A stretch of 64,000 nt of DNA, from positions 372,001-436,000 of the forward strand of contig JBEUKZ010000096.1 of NCBI GenBank assembly GCA_048128005.1, in the 5' to 3' direction. Made by a program: the position numbers and the translations under genes. Below, piece after piece: positions 47,001 through 62,000 of the stretch (position 1 is its first letter; the number at the start of each line of letters is the position of its first letter). This stretch comes from Veleropilina oligotropha. Lineage: Eukaryota. Under the pieces are notes generated by a model that searched no databases, was not told the origin of the DNA, and was given only the letters and a program-made list of their open reading frames with translations.

Positions 47001-50000
47001 TCCGGTTCTTATGCCAATCTCCTTGAAGGAAAGACCTGCCCTATGAAGACCAATAATCTGCCACTTGACTGCTTCTGGTATTCTGGCACCCGGCATTCTG
47101 CATTACAATGGATTTAACGACCAGAGGAATAGTTTTTATAGGCGATATTCACCACAAGGAGATACTGCAATTTGCAAAAATCATGGAGTGTGATATTCAC
47201 GTGCTGATTGCTACGATTTGGACATCAATTTCCCTACGAAAACATAATGACCTTAACACCAAACCCTAACAGAATGGTTATCATCAACAACCTATTCGGG
47301 CGTTTTGGATATGCCAACGTAACCAGAGTTTTAATATGGGGGTGCAACACTTTTTTTACTATGTATATGAACCTCATCTGTGGGGAGTGATGGGTATTTA
47401 TGAAACAATATGAATGCTGGATAAATTGCTGATAGCTTTGCTCACGAAACAGAGTATGTTAGAGTTTTTATTAAACTGAACAAATTGGAAGGGAACCCGG
47501 CTCATGTGAAACTATGTCATGTGGTTTTCCGTGTGTGTTTATGTGTTTTTTAGCTGTATATATGTTGTATAATAAGTGACTGTGATTATGTGACTGTGTT
47601 TATATGATTTTGTGATGTGTATACATTTATGACTTTTTGGCCTTTGCAGGATTCTGTGGATTTGTTCCTTGGAAACTACATCGTCGAAGAGAACGAAGGA
47701 ATATCACACACGTCCCCCCTCAGCAACGACAAGGACTGGAAGTTTTATGCCGTGAGTCTCTAGTTACTGTAAACCATAATACATATAGCTGCATACAAAA
47801 TTTAATGAATCGTTGCAGAGTGACATATAATTTTATCGGGCAACCCATGTCGTATTGCATCATATTTCCAATTTGTTTTAACGATACCTATTCAGTCATG
47901 ACTATTAATCTGTGACCATTTCAAGAATTAATTAGGCTTGTGTGTTTTATGTGATTCAATTACCTACAATTTATAATGATTTTTGTATGATTTAATAATT
48001 ATCAGACAGGTATTTATGAAACAATGATTGCACAATAAATATACTGTTCATGTTTTCAGGACATTATTATGCCCCCGTGCTACGAAGTAGCTGGGGGTAT
48101 ATAGCGTTCCGTTCGTCCGTCCTTCCGTCTGTCCATCCTTCCGGTCATTCGACTGGCCGGAGCATATCTCCAAAACCGTACATGCTAGATTCACGAAACT
48201 TCATACACTCATTAACTAGGTTGAGTACTTGTGCCTTTTGCTATTTTCAGGTTTCTGAAATTTTTATTTTTGCAAAAAATGGCGGATATAAGATTGACAT
48301 AGACTATAATGAAGGACACCTTTGTCCGGAGCATGTCTTCAAAACCCTACAGGCTAGCTTCACTAAACTTAGTATACACACTAACTAGGTTGAGTAGTTG
48401 TGCCCTTTGCCATTTTCAGGTTTCTGAAAATTTTATTTAAAAAAAATAGTTGATGTAAAACTGACAATGACATAGACTACAATGAATGAAGTCAATGAAT
48501 GGAGTGTGCGACGATTTTGTCTGGAGCATACCTCCCAAGCCATATAGGATAGCTTCACGAAACATGGTATACACATTAGCTAGGTTGAGTAGTTGTGCCT
48601 TTTGATATCAACAGGTTTCTGAAATTTTTATTATACCCCGTGCTACAAAGTAGCTGGGGGTATATAGCATTCTGTTCGTCCGTCCTTCCGGTCATTCGAC
48701 TTTGTCCGGAGCATATCTCCAAAACTATACATGCTACTTTCACGAAACTTCATACACTCATTAACTAGGTTGAATACTTGTGCCTTTTGCTATTTTCAGG
48801 TTTCTGAAATATTAATTTTTACAAAAAATGGCGGATATAAGATTGTCTTAGACTATAATGGAGGACGCTTTTGTCCGGAGCATATCTCCAAAATCGTACT
48901 TGCTACCTTCACGGAACCTCACCTCATACACTCATTAACTAGGTTGAGTACTTGTGCCTTTTGCTATTTTTATTTTTACAAAAAATGGCGGATATGAGAT
49001 TGACATAGACTATAATGGAAGATGCTTTTGTCCGAAACATATCTTCAAAACCATACATGCTACCTTCACGAAACTTCATACACTCATTAACTAGGTTGAG
49101 TACTTGTGCCTTTTGCTATTTTCAGGTTTCTGAAATTTTTATTTGTACAAAAAATGGCAGATATATGATTAACATACCGGTAGACTATAATGAAGGACGC
49201 CTTTGTCTGGAGCATATCTCGAAAACCGTACAGGAGGTTCACTAAACTTGGTATACACACTAACTAGGTTGAGTAGTTGTGCCCTTGGCTATTTTAAGGT
49301 TTCTGAAATTTTTATTTAAAAAAAAATAGTTTATGTAAGACTGACATAGACTACAATGAATGGAGTGTGCGACGATTTTGTCTGGAGCATACCTCCCAAA
49401 CCATACAGGATAGCTTCATGAAACATGGCATACACATTAGGTAGGTTGAGTAGTTGTGCCTTTTGATATCTACAGGTTTCTTAAATTTGTATTTAAAAAA
49501 AAATGGCGGATATAAGATTGACATAACTATAATGGGCGACGCCTTTGTCCGAAGCATATCTTCCAAATTTTACATGCTAGGTTCACGAAACTTGGTACGC
49601 ACAATAATTAGATTGGGTAGTTGTGCCTTTTGCTATTTTCAGGTTTTTTGAATTTTTTATTTTAAAAAAAGTTGCTGATATAAGATTGACAGACTACAAT
49701 GAACGAATGCACCGAATGGGGTGTATGACCCTTTTGACTGGAGCATATCGCCCCAATAATACAAGATAGCTTCATGAAACATGGTACACACATTAACTAG
49801 GCTGAGTACTTGTACCTTTTGCTAGTTTCAGAAATTTTGTATTTAAAATAATGGCGGATATTAGTTTGACTATAATGGACGACGCCTTTGTCCAGAGCAT
49901 ATCTGCCAAATCGTACACTCTAGCATCTCAAAACTTGGTACAAACATTAACTATTAAGTTAAGTGGTTGGGCCTTTTGCTATTTTAAGGTTTCTGAAATT

Positions 50001-53000
50001 TTTATTTTTACAACAAATGGCAGATATAAGATTGACATAGACTATAATGTGCGACACTTTTGACTGGAGCATATCTCCCAAATCATACAGGATAGCTTCA
50101 CGAGGTTGAGTAGTTAGTTATGCCTTTTGCTACTTTTACATTTCTGAAATATATATTTTAAAAAAATCGCTGATATAATTAATATTGACCTGGACTACAA
50201 TGGTCAAAAACACCGAACAATGTGCAATATATATTTTTTTCATTATGCTTTGGAGTAGTGAAATTTAATTTTTAAAGTAACTTTATATCTTTTGTACATA
50301 TTATTATTATTATTATTATTATTTAATACATTTATAATGCGCCTATTCTAGTGTAGCTCTAAGCGCAGTACAAACTATAACTAATATTACAGTACAATGT
50401 ACACAAGAATATACAGGAGAGACATCAATGATACATACTATGAATGCAATAAGCAATAATAATAATAAACAGAATATTTTTTTGTTGAGTTTTTTCAATT
50501 TTATTAATTTTTTTTTACAAGCGCAATCAGACAAAGAGGTGAAGCAGCCCCTGCGTGAACTTCAACCAACTTTGAATGGTACATATGATTAATGCTATAA
50601 GCAATAACAATGAACAGATGTGAAGCAGTCATTACTGTCCTCCACTACTACGATGTCAGCTGAATTGTTAGTGAGATTTGATCAGGTTGGCATATACATC
50701 AGCAAATAGGTGTGTTTTCAACATCTTCCGAAAACTTGTCTGAGATGTGCTTTCCTTTACTTTAGATGGGAGTTTGTTCCAGAGTTTTGGGGCATTGTTG
50801 ATAAATGCTCTATCGCCATATTTATTCATTGTTCTATTCTCTGTCAACTGTTGTAATTGCTGCGACCTAAGTGCTCTAATAGGTCGATATTGAGCCAGAG
50901 TTCAATAATATATCCAGGCGCTTTTCCTTGAAGAGAATTGTAAACGAATGTAAGAATTTTGAAGATAATCCGTTTCTCAACAGGGAGCCAGTGTAGGCTA
51001 TATAGCAGCGGGGTTGCATGGTCCCTTGGCTGGGCAAGTAAAATCAGCCTGGCTGCGGCATTCTGAACTTGCTGCAATCTGTTAATGAGGCTTGCGTTTA
51101 TTCCGAAAAGTAAACTGTTGGAATAATCAAGGCGAGATATGACATATGCATGCACAAGAAGCTTCGTTGCATCTGGTGTTAAAAAACGACGAAGTAAGCA
51201 CCCAAATTTCTTACAAATTCGCTGGAGTTTATTTCAGTTTCACCAACTTGTAGGTTTACATCTCGGACCTTTGTGATGTTACTTCTTGAGCCAAATATAA
51301 TAAACTGTTTTATCATCATTGAGTTTCAGCATGTTTGTGCACATCCAGTGTTTGATCTCTGAAACACAGCTCTCCAATATGTCTAGGCTTGCCTTGAAGG
51401 AGCTTTTGGGATCAAATGCAACATATATTTGACTGTCATCTGCGTAGAAATGATAGGACAGATTATATTTGGAGGCAATCTCTGCTACGGGTGTGACATA
51501 CATCGAAAACAGAATCGGACCTAAGACGGAACCTTGTTGCACACCGTAAGGGAGAGAGGCAGGGTCACATTTCATGCCGTTTATGACGACGGTTTGTTTT
51601 CGCTCATGTAGATATGACTTGATCCATGTAAGCACTGATTGCTTGATTCCAAAGTAGGCATTCAGGCAGTTAAACAGAATTTGGTGGTCAATTGTATCGA
51701 AAGCTGCACTCGGGTCAAGCAAGGCGAGAGCAACCATTGATTTCTGATGTAGAGATTGAAGTATGTCATTCTGAACCTTTAAAAGGGCTGTTTCTGTGGA
51801 GTGAAACATGTGATACACTGATTGGTATTTGTCCAAAAGCATGTGATTTTTCAAGTGAGAATTTAATCGAATTGCTACAACACGTTCCACAAGTTTTGAA
51901 ATAAAACTTAGATTAGAAACCGGCCGATAATTTTTCAGATTGTTTTGATCCAAATTGGCCTTTTTCAGTAAGGGCTTTACCAATGCGCTCTTGAAATTTT
52001 CTGGAACTTCTGCATTGGATAATGACATGTTGACAAGCCGCGTCAAAATTGGCAACAATTCATCTGAACATGCTTTCAGCATCCATGATGGTAGAGGGTC
52101 GAGTGGGCACGTAGATGATGATGACCGCATAATGATCGACCTAATTTCATCATTCGTTGCAACTTCAAACGTTAAGAGTTGAATGTCATTACGTTTCGAA
52201 TCTAAAGATTCATAGATTTCATCGGTGGTTGATTGCATTTGCGATAACGAAATTGTGTTTCGTATTTTGATTATTTTATCAACGAAGAAGTCGCTAAAAA
52301 TAGTGGGAAGTGATTCCTCTTGATAATCAGTTGGCAGTGGAGTTGACTTATTCCATTGTAACAGATCTTTGGTAACATTAAAGAGCTTCTTTTGATCATC
52401 TTTCGAGTTAATGACTTTGTTTGAGAAGAATTCAGTTTTAGCATCCGTGAGCAGATGGTTCACCAACTTGCACTGTTCCTTATATGCGTCGTAATCGGTG
52501 AGTTTGCCAGACTTATTCCAGCGTCGTTCTAAGCGTCGTCGAATTACTTTAGCTTGGTGGAGGTTGGCATTGTACCATTGTGTATTTGGTCTTATGATGA
52601 CTGTTTTGGTGATCTCCGGAGCATGATTGTCAATGATGAGTTTAATATCATTGTTATATTTATCGACCAACTGTGACAGGTCCATTTCTTGTGGAAAGAC
52701 GATATGCGATAATTCTGTTTTGAACTCAGTAATGTCGACATCTTTGAGTTTACGGTAGCAAATTTGTTTTGATTCTGGTGCTGGCCTTTCTATTTTCAAT
52801 TCAAATGAGATTAGAAAGTGATCCGATATCTGGCAATCCACAGTTTTCGTACTTAGTGGAAAAATTGCGTTGTCTTGTGAAATGATCACACAGTCTAGTA
52901 TGTGATTACTTTTATGTATGTATGATGAAAGGGACGTGCTTATCTGTAAGACTTGTTCACCGAGATTAGGTACAGTAAGCTGTTAAGCTTATTCCTCACT

Positions 53001-56000
53001 CTGTGGAGCTGGAATTATCAAAACATGAATTGGATGGATTTTGAAAACTGAATTTCTCATTGATTTATTCCATGGTTATTATAAAATGGGATTGTATATT
53101 GCCATTACAAAAACAGACTGTATGTCCAGTGCACGTGTCTAATATCACTATCCTCAACTGGCCAGGGCTCGTATATATAATTGAATCCCCAGACTATAGT
53201 CGTGGACACTATGGTTATAATAAATCATCGTTTTGCCACAGCGTCTGCAGAGATTTATTATTATTTAAAGAATAATGGCTGATATAATATTGACAGACTA
53301 TAATTATTGAAAGCACCGAACGGGAGTATGTAAGCTATGCATACTTTTTTCTTGGTTTTAACAGTGTGAAAAATGATTACTCACCTTTAAACTTTCAATT
53401 AAAATGATGACAACTGTCAGATTTAGCTAGGCATATATTCTAATTTTGTGTTTTATCCATTCTAGCTTCCCGTCATCTTTCTGATCGCATTTTCCATGTG
53501 TGTAATCAGCATTCTACTCCCTGATGGCAAGTATTATGATAACTGAATGAATGACATGGTAGATTCGATGGAGCCAGCATCGTGATTGTTTGACTTCATC
53601 ACAATTTTCAGGCTTATTGTAGTCTGGTGCTCTGTATCCTATCTGATAGTTTTGTCTACAGCATCTGGAGAGATTCTCTCATGGTCACCCCTCTAAAAAC
53701 TGGGCAGTTTCAATGTTGCGTAACTTCAGTGGTCTGATGAGAACCGGTGTGCCATATTCGAATAATGAATGAGCGCCCGAATGCCATGGCAGATGTAATA
53801 GGAGCCAGAATACTGACATAGGCTAGCAACAGGAAATGTTCAAGTTTGCGCTTCTTATGGAATATTAGCTATGTTTCCACATAATTGGTTCCGTGCTTTC
53901 GCTATTATATTTGAGTGGTTTATCATTAGATACATAGATCTTCATTTACATATACTAGATCAACCAATGCGTATATCATTTAAGGAAACAGGGAATGTTA
54001 TAGTTCAGATTTGTTTAAATGTTAAGCATGTTTGGATCGATACTACATGTCCTGTTTTTAGCAACCTTTCGCGTTCGTACCAGGATGTCTATTTTAGTGC
54101 GATGTGAAAGCCCGGTCGCCTGGAGAACCAATCAACGGCCATTTATTGACAATTGGGACTGTTAACTGAACAACGAGTGATCTACTGAGGATTTGAACCC
54201 ACACCTGTTTGACAGGGGAGTCAAGCGAGTCAATTCAGAGTCCGCATTCTTATATCCACTTTACTAACATTGCGGTCTGTTAAGTATGGTATTCTTGTTG
54301 AGGTGATACATTCGAAATGAGCGATGTTGAACTATACCGCAAAGTTTCTTTCCCATGTGTGTCATTGAAATGCACATTCAGTACAGCTACAAGTTATGTA
54401 TCGTATTCGCATAGATGTTATTTTCGGACTGTGTTATCATAATAAAGAATAAAAAGTTACCTTTCAGAGTATAGTAGATTTCTCAACAGAGCTTTCGTAA
54501 CCATTGCGGTCACTTCATCAGCATAGAGTGGCGCAAGTTATGTCATCTTGGTAGCAAATGCTGCCAAAACAAATTATGAGTATATTAAATGGACACTTTA
54601 TACCCTGAAATGCATCACATGTTTTAGCAGCTCCTACAGTTCGGTTATGATTTTACCCTTTTCTAAGTTGACTTGTCCATGTTTCTTGACACGACAATTA
54701 AGTCGCGAGTCTATCGCACACTAGAAAGGGGTTCTTTCTATAGTCACAGCCTTGTTTGAGAAAATCTACCTGCAGTGATTTTCCTTGATTTCCAGTGTAT
54801 ACAGTTCCCTTTAAATACGATTAGGCTCTATATGTTAATTCATGTAAGAAAATTGGTTTGGTTGGCCATTGAAACAATTTACTTAGTTTTTGTCTGGACC
54901 TAACATTTCCTGTATGTAGTTACAAACATACTTACGTCCTTACTCTTGCTATAATAGTCATATTATCGCCAACCGGAAACAGTGAATAATGTCACATTTA
55001 TGCACTATTAAGTCAAAAACACACCACGATTACCTCCCCTGCTCCACCTCTCTAAGTTCCCCCGGCGAGATCTCGCCAAGTCTCGCGAGATATCCGAGCT
55101 CGAGATCACAAGACCTCAATTCAAAGTTTTCCGCCATGAACGGAAAAACGTGTTTTGTTGCTCCGCAAATATTTCGAAAAGCCTTACGATTTATACGTTA
55201 AATCGAGACGCTAATTAGCTTATATCAAGTTATAAGTTGTGGAATATACCCTGTGTTGAAGGATATACAAACATCAGTGAATTAAGGAAGATTTGATCAA
55301 ACTTCGAGAAAGTTGTGTGAATCAGTGAAATCGACATCGCCGCCGTTGCCGAGAAAAGCTAGGGCCGCTCAGAGGGGAAGTTTCGTGTATAGAAGAAATT
55401 TCTGGTCGGTATATTTTATCTGATATTGTTTGAGACTGCAAACAGGTAACTCATTATATTGGATAATTCCTTAACGACGCTTATTGCTGGTAATTATTGT
55501 ATAAATATTTAGCGTCGTTAAAAGGCAGGATTGTTTAGATATCAACTTTAGTTATTCTGATATCCTGCCGTTACTGGGATAATACGCCATTGTACTAATT
55601 TAAAAACATCCACGAGGTTTTCAGGTGTTTTTCTGGGCGGTTTTTTCTAAGAAAGAACCCCCGTTTGTTTAGTCTATTTGCCGGGTTTATTACCCGGCCT
55701 CGGTGTTCCCAGTTCGGGGTTATTTTGCGGTATATCGCCTGATCTTTGATCTTCAGATCAGGGCAATTTAAAGTGTTGTAGTAGTAAAAAGTCACAACTA
55801 CCAAACATATACTTATTTAACTACCCCGACCACCCACTACCACCCTCCCGTGTATTCAGCTATGGTCCGGTGCACCGACTCCGGGTGTAACCAGAAGATT
55901 CACTGGTTTGATAAGCACACAGAATGCCGTATTCACCGTAATTGTAGTAAGAAATACCAATGTGAACTGTGCTTAGCTTTGACAGATAGGCAGTGGGCGA

Positions 56001-59000
56001 TTATTTTCCCTCCGGTGAAGCCGACCAGGGCGGCTGCCACGGTGGGTCCTCCCCCGGAGAAGGGACAGGAAGAGGCTGGTAAGTTAAGGGATAACGTTTC
56101 TTCTTTGTCTGCTTCAGGGACGCTGGACGACAGCCGACGTAAGGTACCGTCTGTCGCCGGATCTACCGGCGAAACCTCCGCGACTCATGGGGGAGTCGCC
56201 GAAACCTTGCCGGGACCCCAGATTCAGGTAGGAGCCCGAGCGCTGTCCGTTACTCCTCCATCGGGCCTAGTAGCTGCAGCCAACCATACCTTGCCGGCTA
56301 GCAAGGTATATCTGGCAGCGCAGCGAACCGCTGAACAGGGCAGACGATCCCCCTCCTATTCTTCGGCCTCGAAGAATACGGGATACGTTAGTCCTTCTGC
56401 GGGAAACTCTCCGTTTAACGACGGAGAGCAACCCAATGAGAAAGCCTTTAAAGAGACCGGACAGCATTACGATGGTCTAAGATCCGGACAATTGGCGACA
56501 CCTGAAACCTCGTCCGAGACCGACGCGACTAACCCTTGGGTTTTTCCGCTCAACCTCGAAGCTCACGATGTTTTCAGAGGGCCCGTTCTCTCCCGTGCAC
56601 CCCCCGTGGTCACGCTAGATAACGTGGACAGACTGGCTGCGTTCGGGCAGAGGTTCTACGGTGTTCCGACCGTGCCTCTCGCGAACAGAGCGGTAGACCA
56701 GTACGGACTGTGGCCGCAGTCCTACAGGTCGCCCGGCCCACTGAATGCGCCTTCGGGCCATTCTTTCGGGTACGACCGCTCGACAGGTGACCCGAGACCC
56801 TGGTTCTCGGCTCCACCTGTCCGTGCAGCCCGTCTACCTTCCGCCACGGTAACCTCGACAGAACTACCGGCTGTTAGTTCGACGCCCGTCATGCCTCCGG
56901 GTTTCTCTTTTGAGAACGTCCAGGCATTGATCGCGGCGGAGTTCGAGGCCCGATGTAAGGCCTGGCAACCGGCTTCCCAGCCGCGCCAGTTCCCTACATC
57001 TCTGCCCGTGGCGCAGAGCACGGCTCCTGCCTCCGTGATGGAGATCGACCCTCGTTCCGACGAGGACCTCAACTCTACTCACTCCGACCTCCCTGAATCG
57101 GTCGGGCCCGAAGACGTTAGTCTTTCAGGCACGCAGGAGCCGACCTCCACCACCCGCCGAAGGCTCGACGCCGTTGCGTCACTTCGCGGGGTGCTTGGCT
57201 TGCCGGAACCGACTCGGTCGGACATAGGCTCAGTCAAGCACAGGACGGCAGCACATCGGTTTGTTGAGAAGGAAGCCCCCTTGCTTCCTTCCTTACCTCA
57301 GTCTGGGCTGGTTGATCTGGTGGTCGACTCGACAACCAAGCTTATACAGGGGCGCAATCCGGTGGAGTCCTCCCCGCTGACCGAGTTCCCTTCGGGGTTC
57401 CGTAGTGGGAGGTACGTCCGGGCCAGATCGCGTTCGATCCCGTTCGCGTGTACTGGTCCGTGCCTGGCGACTGAGCCGGCTCATGTAGACGCAGCGTTGC
57501 GTCGACTGACCGCCAGTCACACTCCCTCCGTGGCGAAAGTTCCTTGGCCCGCCTTGGAATCTTTCGAGAGCGCCGCCCGACGTGCTCTGCGGCTGTCGTC
57601 CGTTCAGGATTTTTTCCTAGACGGGGCGATAGCCGTACTACAGGAGGAAGGACCCGGCGCCCGTGAGGCAGCCCTGTCCTTCCTCCAGGAGGTTGCTGCC
57701 GTAATGGAGACCAGCGCGTTGGAGACGGGACGTGTCCTGGGCAATGCACTCCTACTTCGTAGGGATGCTTGCCTGGAAGGCACCTCGCTAGACGAGGCCA
57801 CCCGGCGCTCGTTGCGATGCGTGCCTTGCTCGGCCACCACTCTTTTTGGCGACAATTTCACGGAATTCGTCGACAAGAGAGCGGCGGACATGAAGGACCG
57901 TGCCATCGAGAAGGCGGTGCTGCACCCCACCCGGGGTCCACCCGCCGACTCGAGGAAGCGTTCAGGGCCCACCCGGACCCCGAAGCCTTCTAAGCGTGCA
58001 AAGCCCTCTTCTGGTGGTAGGCCTCCGGCCAGTAAACCCACTCAGAGGAGGCAAGCACCTCCAACGAAATCCCGTAAGCAGAGCGGGAGAGGGAAGCCTC
58101 GGCCCTAGGGCTGCCGGCATTCGCGACGGTCCCAGCTGCTCGCTTCCGCCGGTGGGAGCGTGTCTGTTAGCGTACAGCCAGTCATGGCTAGATCTGACAG
58201 ACAGCAGCTGGGTCCACTCAGTGGTGAGTGCCGGATACAAGTTGGCATTCAACCGGCATCCGACCCTAACCGAGGCACCACCACCAAGACACGCTCGCCT
58301 CCTTCACGGAGAAAAGCAAGCGGTCTTAGACCAGGCAGTGCGGGATTTGATCCTCAAAGGAGCGATATATCCCGCGCCGCCCAGCACACCAGGATTTTAC
58401 AGCCATTTCTTCCTGGTCCCGAAACCCGATGGCCACTGGCGACCGATCCTCGATCTCTCGTATCTCAACCGATATCTTCGCACCGAGAAATTCCAGCAAG
58501 AAACCCTCTCGAAGATACGAGCGGCCATCCGTCCGAGAGACTGGGCAGCGTCTATCGATCTGACCGACGCGTATCTGCATGTCCCGATGCATATCACGGC
58601 TCATCAGTACCTTCGGTTTATACACGGGGAGACGATCTACCAATTCAGGTGCCTACCGTTCGGTCTATCGTCAGCCCCGTACGTCTTCACGAGAACAGTA
58701 CAGGCCCTCGGAGCCTTCCTACACTCTCTAGGGCACAGGGTACATATGTACCTCGACGACTGGCTGATCCTCGGGGCGTCCCGAGATCTGTGCCTCCGGT
58801 CTACGAGCTTTACCCTGTCATCGACGAAGCGCCTGGGATTTCAGATCAACGAGACAAAATCCTGCTTCGTGCCCTCGACGACGTTTACGTTCCTCGGAGT
58901 CTACTTAGATACGGTCCGGTACACCGCGAAACCGACCCAGAAACGTATGCGGAACCTACGCGCGGTTATTCAAGACACCCTGTCATCAGAGATAACTACG

Positions 59001-62000
59001 GCGCGACAACTGGCCACATCGAGTCGGTAGCGACCCTGCTACCGACGGGTCGAATGGACAAACGACCGTTACAACAGGCGTTCAGAGATCGCTGGATACA
59101 ACGGACGGGACAGTGGACGGATTGTATCGATCTTCGGCATTGGTTTACCCGCACGACAGCAGTGTGGTTGAACCCTGCTTTGCCGAGCCAGTCGGTTCCT
59201 ATGTCCCCGCCAGAGCCGAACGCTTACCTGTTCACAGACGCTTCGAACGACGGCTGGGGTGGTCACCTCGACAGTTACGAGACATCGGGCCTATGGCCGA
59301 CGGACCTTCAAGGACGACACATCAACTTCCTAGAGTTAGAAGCCGTCTACCTGTCAGTACGGTCCCTCTCGTCACATCTCCGCAACAAGCACATAATGCT
59401 CGCCACGGACAACACGACTGTCGTCGCTTACATTCAGCACCAGGGCGGCACTCGCTCGCGTCCCCTTTGCGACCGAGCAATCGACCTACACCGCCTAGTG
59501 ATGTCCCTCAACTCGACGATACGAGCCCGACACATCCCGGGAAAGCTGAATGTCAGAGCGGACTCGCTCTCTCGGAAATCACAGATAATACACACAGAGT
59601 GGACGCTACACAGCCGAGTAGCTCGGGACGTTTGTCGCCGGTGGTCACAACCCCAAGTCGATCTGTTTGCAACAGAATTCAATCACCGACTACCTCTGTA
59701 TGTCTCCCCGTACCCGGACCCGGCCGCCCTAGCGGTCGACGCGCTGTCAATGACATGGGAGAATCTGTCCGCATATGCCTTCCCCCGTCGTGCATTCTGA
59801 CACTCGTACTACAGAAGGCATCGAACGAACGTTGCGAGATAACGCTAATCGCGCCCCTGTATCGCACGCAACCTTGGTTTCCGACCCTCCTCGATCTGAT
59901 CGTCGATCGACCGTTAGCGCTCCCGCAGCGACCGGACCTGTTAATGCAGGCGCGCAGCCGTGTATTACACCCATCGCCGAACGACTTACGTTTACACGCC
60001 TGGCAGTTATCGAACGATCCCTTGCTAAGAAAGGATTTTCTCGCGCAACAGCCCTACGCATCTACCGATCGAGAAGGCTTTCCACCTCTAAAGTTTATGA
60101 CTACCGATGGGTTAAGTACGTGGATTGGTGTCACAGCCGGCAGGTCAATATTCTCCGTCCCCCTGTGAACAAGTTTATCGAGTTTTTATCGTCGCTCTTT
60201 GAACGCGGTATGTCAGTGTCCGCCGTCAAAGGCTATCGGGCAACGGTCGCGACTACGTTAAAACAGTGCCGTGCCCATGTTGGCCTATCTAGCGACCGAA
60301 CGATTTCGGATTTTATACGATCCTACGAACTCGAGATTCCGACTCTAACCATACGGCCACCTGCCTGGAACATCGTTCTCATTCTTAACGCTCTACTCTT
60401 ACCGCCGTACGAGCCTATGTCCACGGCGTCTATGAGGAACTTAACGCACAAAACGGTTTTTCTGATCGCCTTAGTGTCGGGCAGGCGTTGTTCCGAAGTT
60501 CATAGTTTATCCGCAGAGCTACGAGACGTTCGTTTCCAGTCAGACGGGTCGGTGATGCTGCGTCCTATCTTGGGTTTCCTCGCCAAGAATCAACGGCCGA
60601 ACGAAGACGCACCCGATATTATTATCCCCAAGCTTACGCTGGTCGGAAGGCACGATGTAGACCGGTTAAACTGCCCTGTGCGTGCGCTGCGCTTCTACCT
60701 CGACAGGACCCGTGATATGCGGCAAGGGAAACTACGTTTATTCATTTCGTATTTACCTTCTTACACCCGCGACATTACGAAGACGACTGTTTCGCAGTGG
60801 ATTTCACAGGTAGTGAGAGATGTATACTCTCGCTGTGAAGAAGTAGACCGCACTATTTTATCAGTCCGCGCGCACGAGGGCCATGCAATTGCAGCTTCTA
60901 TTTCCTTCCGACACAGTTTAAATATCTCAGCGTTGCTTCAAGCAGGTTACTGGAAAAATGCTAATGTCTTTGTCAAGCATTATCTGCGGGATTATTCAAC
61001 TGGTGCTGATGGTTTGAGCAGTCTACAGTGTGTAGCTGCCCAAAGATGTATTATTAGACAGAGGTCGTATAATCAGTGAGTATTGTTTCTTGATTGATCA
61101 ATTAAATACTTCGTGCTGACGCAATGTTATTTGTCATGCCTAGCTGTTCTATGAAATAGACACATTATAAGGCGATTCAATGTATGTTCATTTCTTAAAA
61201 ACATTTTAAGATCTTGATACTTTCATGTCATACCTGAGTATTTTGACAGGCCAGTTCACATTGAATTTAATAAACATTTATATTGCAAAAAGTCTTATAA
61301 GATTTTGAGGTTCAATATTATTGATGTTCTATGCTGTATAGAACATACGATGTTCAAGACATTGAAAAAAATTTAATATTTGCTTCCTTAAAATTTATTT
61401 TAAGTAACATGTTGTACATGTTAGCCTTTCGCAAGTTGGTCATGCGAATCACTTATTAATATCGATTATTTATAATAATCTATTAATTCTTTGCTTATGA
61501 TTTGATATCTTCACTACCTAGCTATTAGGTTCCGTGTGCTTACAAATCCGACTGCTTCCTCTGGCTACCGGCCTATGGCCTGGAGTACCATTTGGCTGCC
61601 ACTGGCCCATGACACGTAAGACCTACAAGGATAATCCTTCCGGCCGTGCCTGGGGCTGATTGCACTTCCGTTCACCTCGTCCGACTAACACCACGGCGTA
61701 TTCTCCCGGTAACACTGGTCGAAATTCTCGCTTGGTAAGAGTAGAATATAATACTCAGTAGATTCCACTCTGGGCGGACACAATCGACGCTTCATGCTGA
61801 TTGAAATGGTGAAAAGTAAGTCATAATCTTGTTTGGGTTTGTTGTAAGGAACTTCTTACCCACCTATCCAAGGTCATTCTGGCAAGAATAAGGACGTAAG
61901 TATGTTTGTAACTACATATGAGGTTTTTAAGTAAACCTAATATTAGTATAAAACATACTTACGTCCTTACCACGATTACCCACCCTGCGCTTTCGCATTC

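Noticed and set aside
53725..53790. Hammerhead-ribozyme-like CTGATGA-gaa...ttc-GAA
   Set aside because: The core continues GAAT rather than GAAA, and I could not find stems I and III. An Infernal search would settle it.
56267..60061. Minus-strand ORFs within the DIRS element
   Set aside because: Antisense shadows of GC-rich coding sequence with no recognisable motifs.
59775..61079. Phage integrase, prophage or bacterial contamination
   Set aside because: The recombinase lies with gag, RT-RNaseH, ITRs and an ICR in a standard DIRS1 layout inside a eukaryotic intron.
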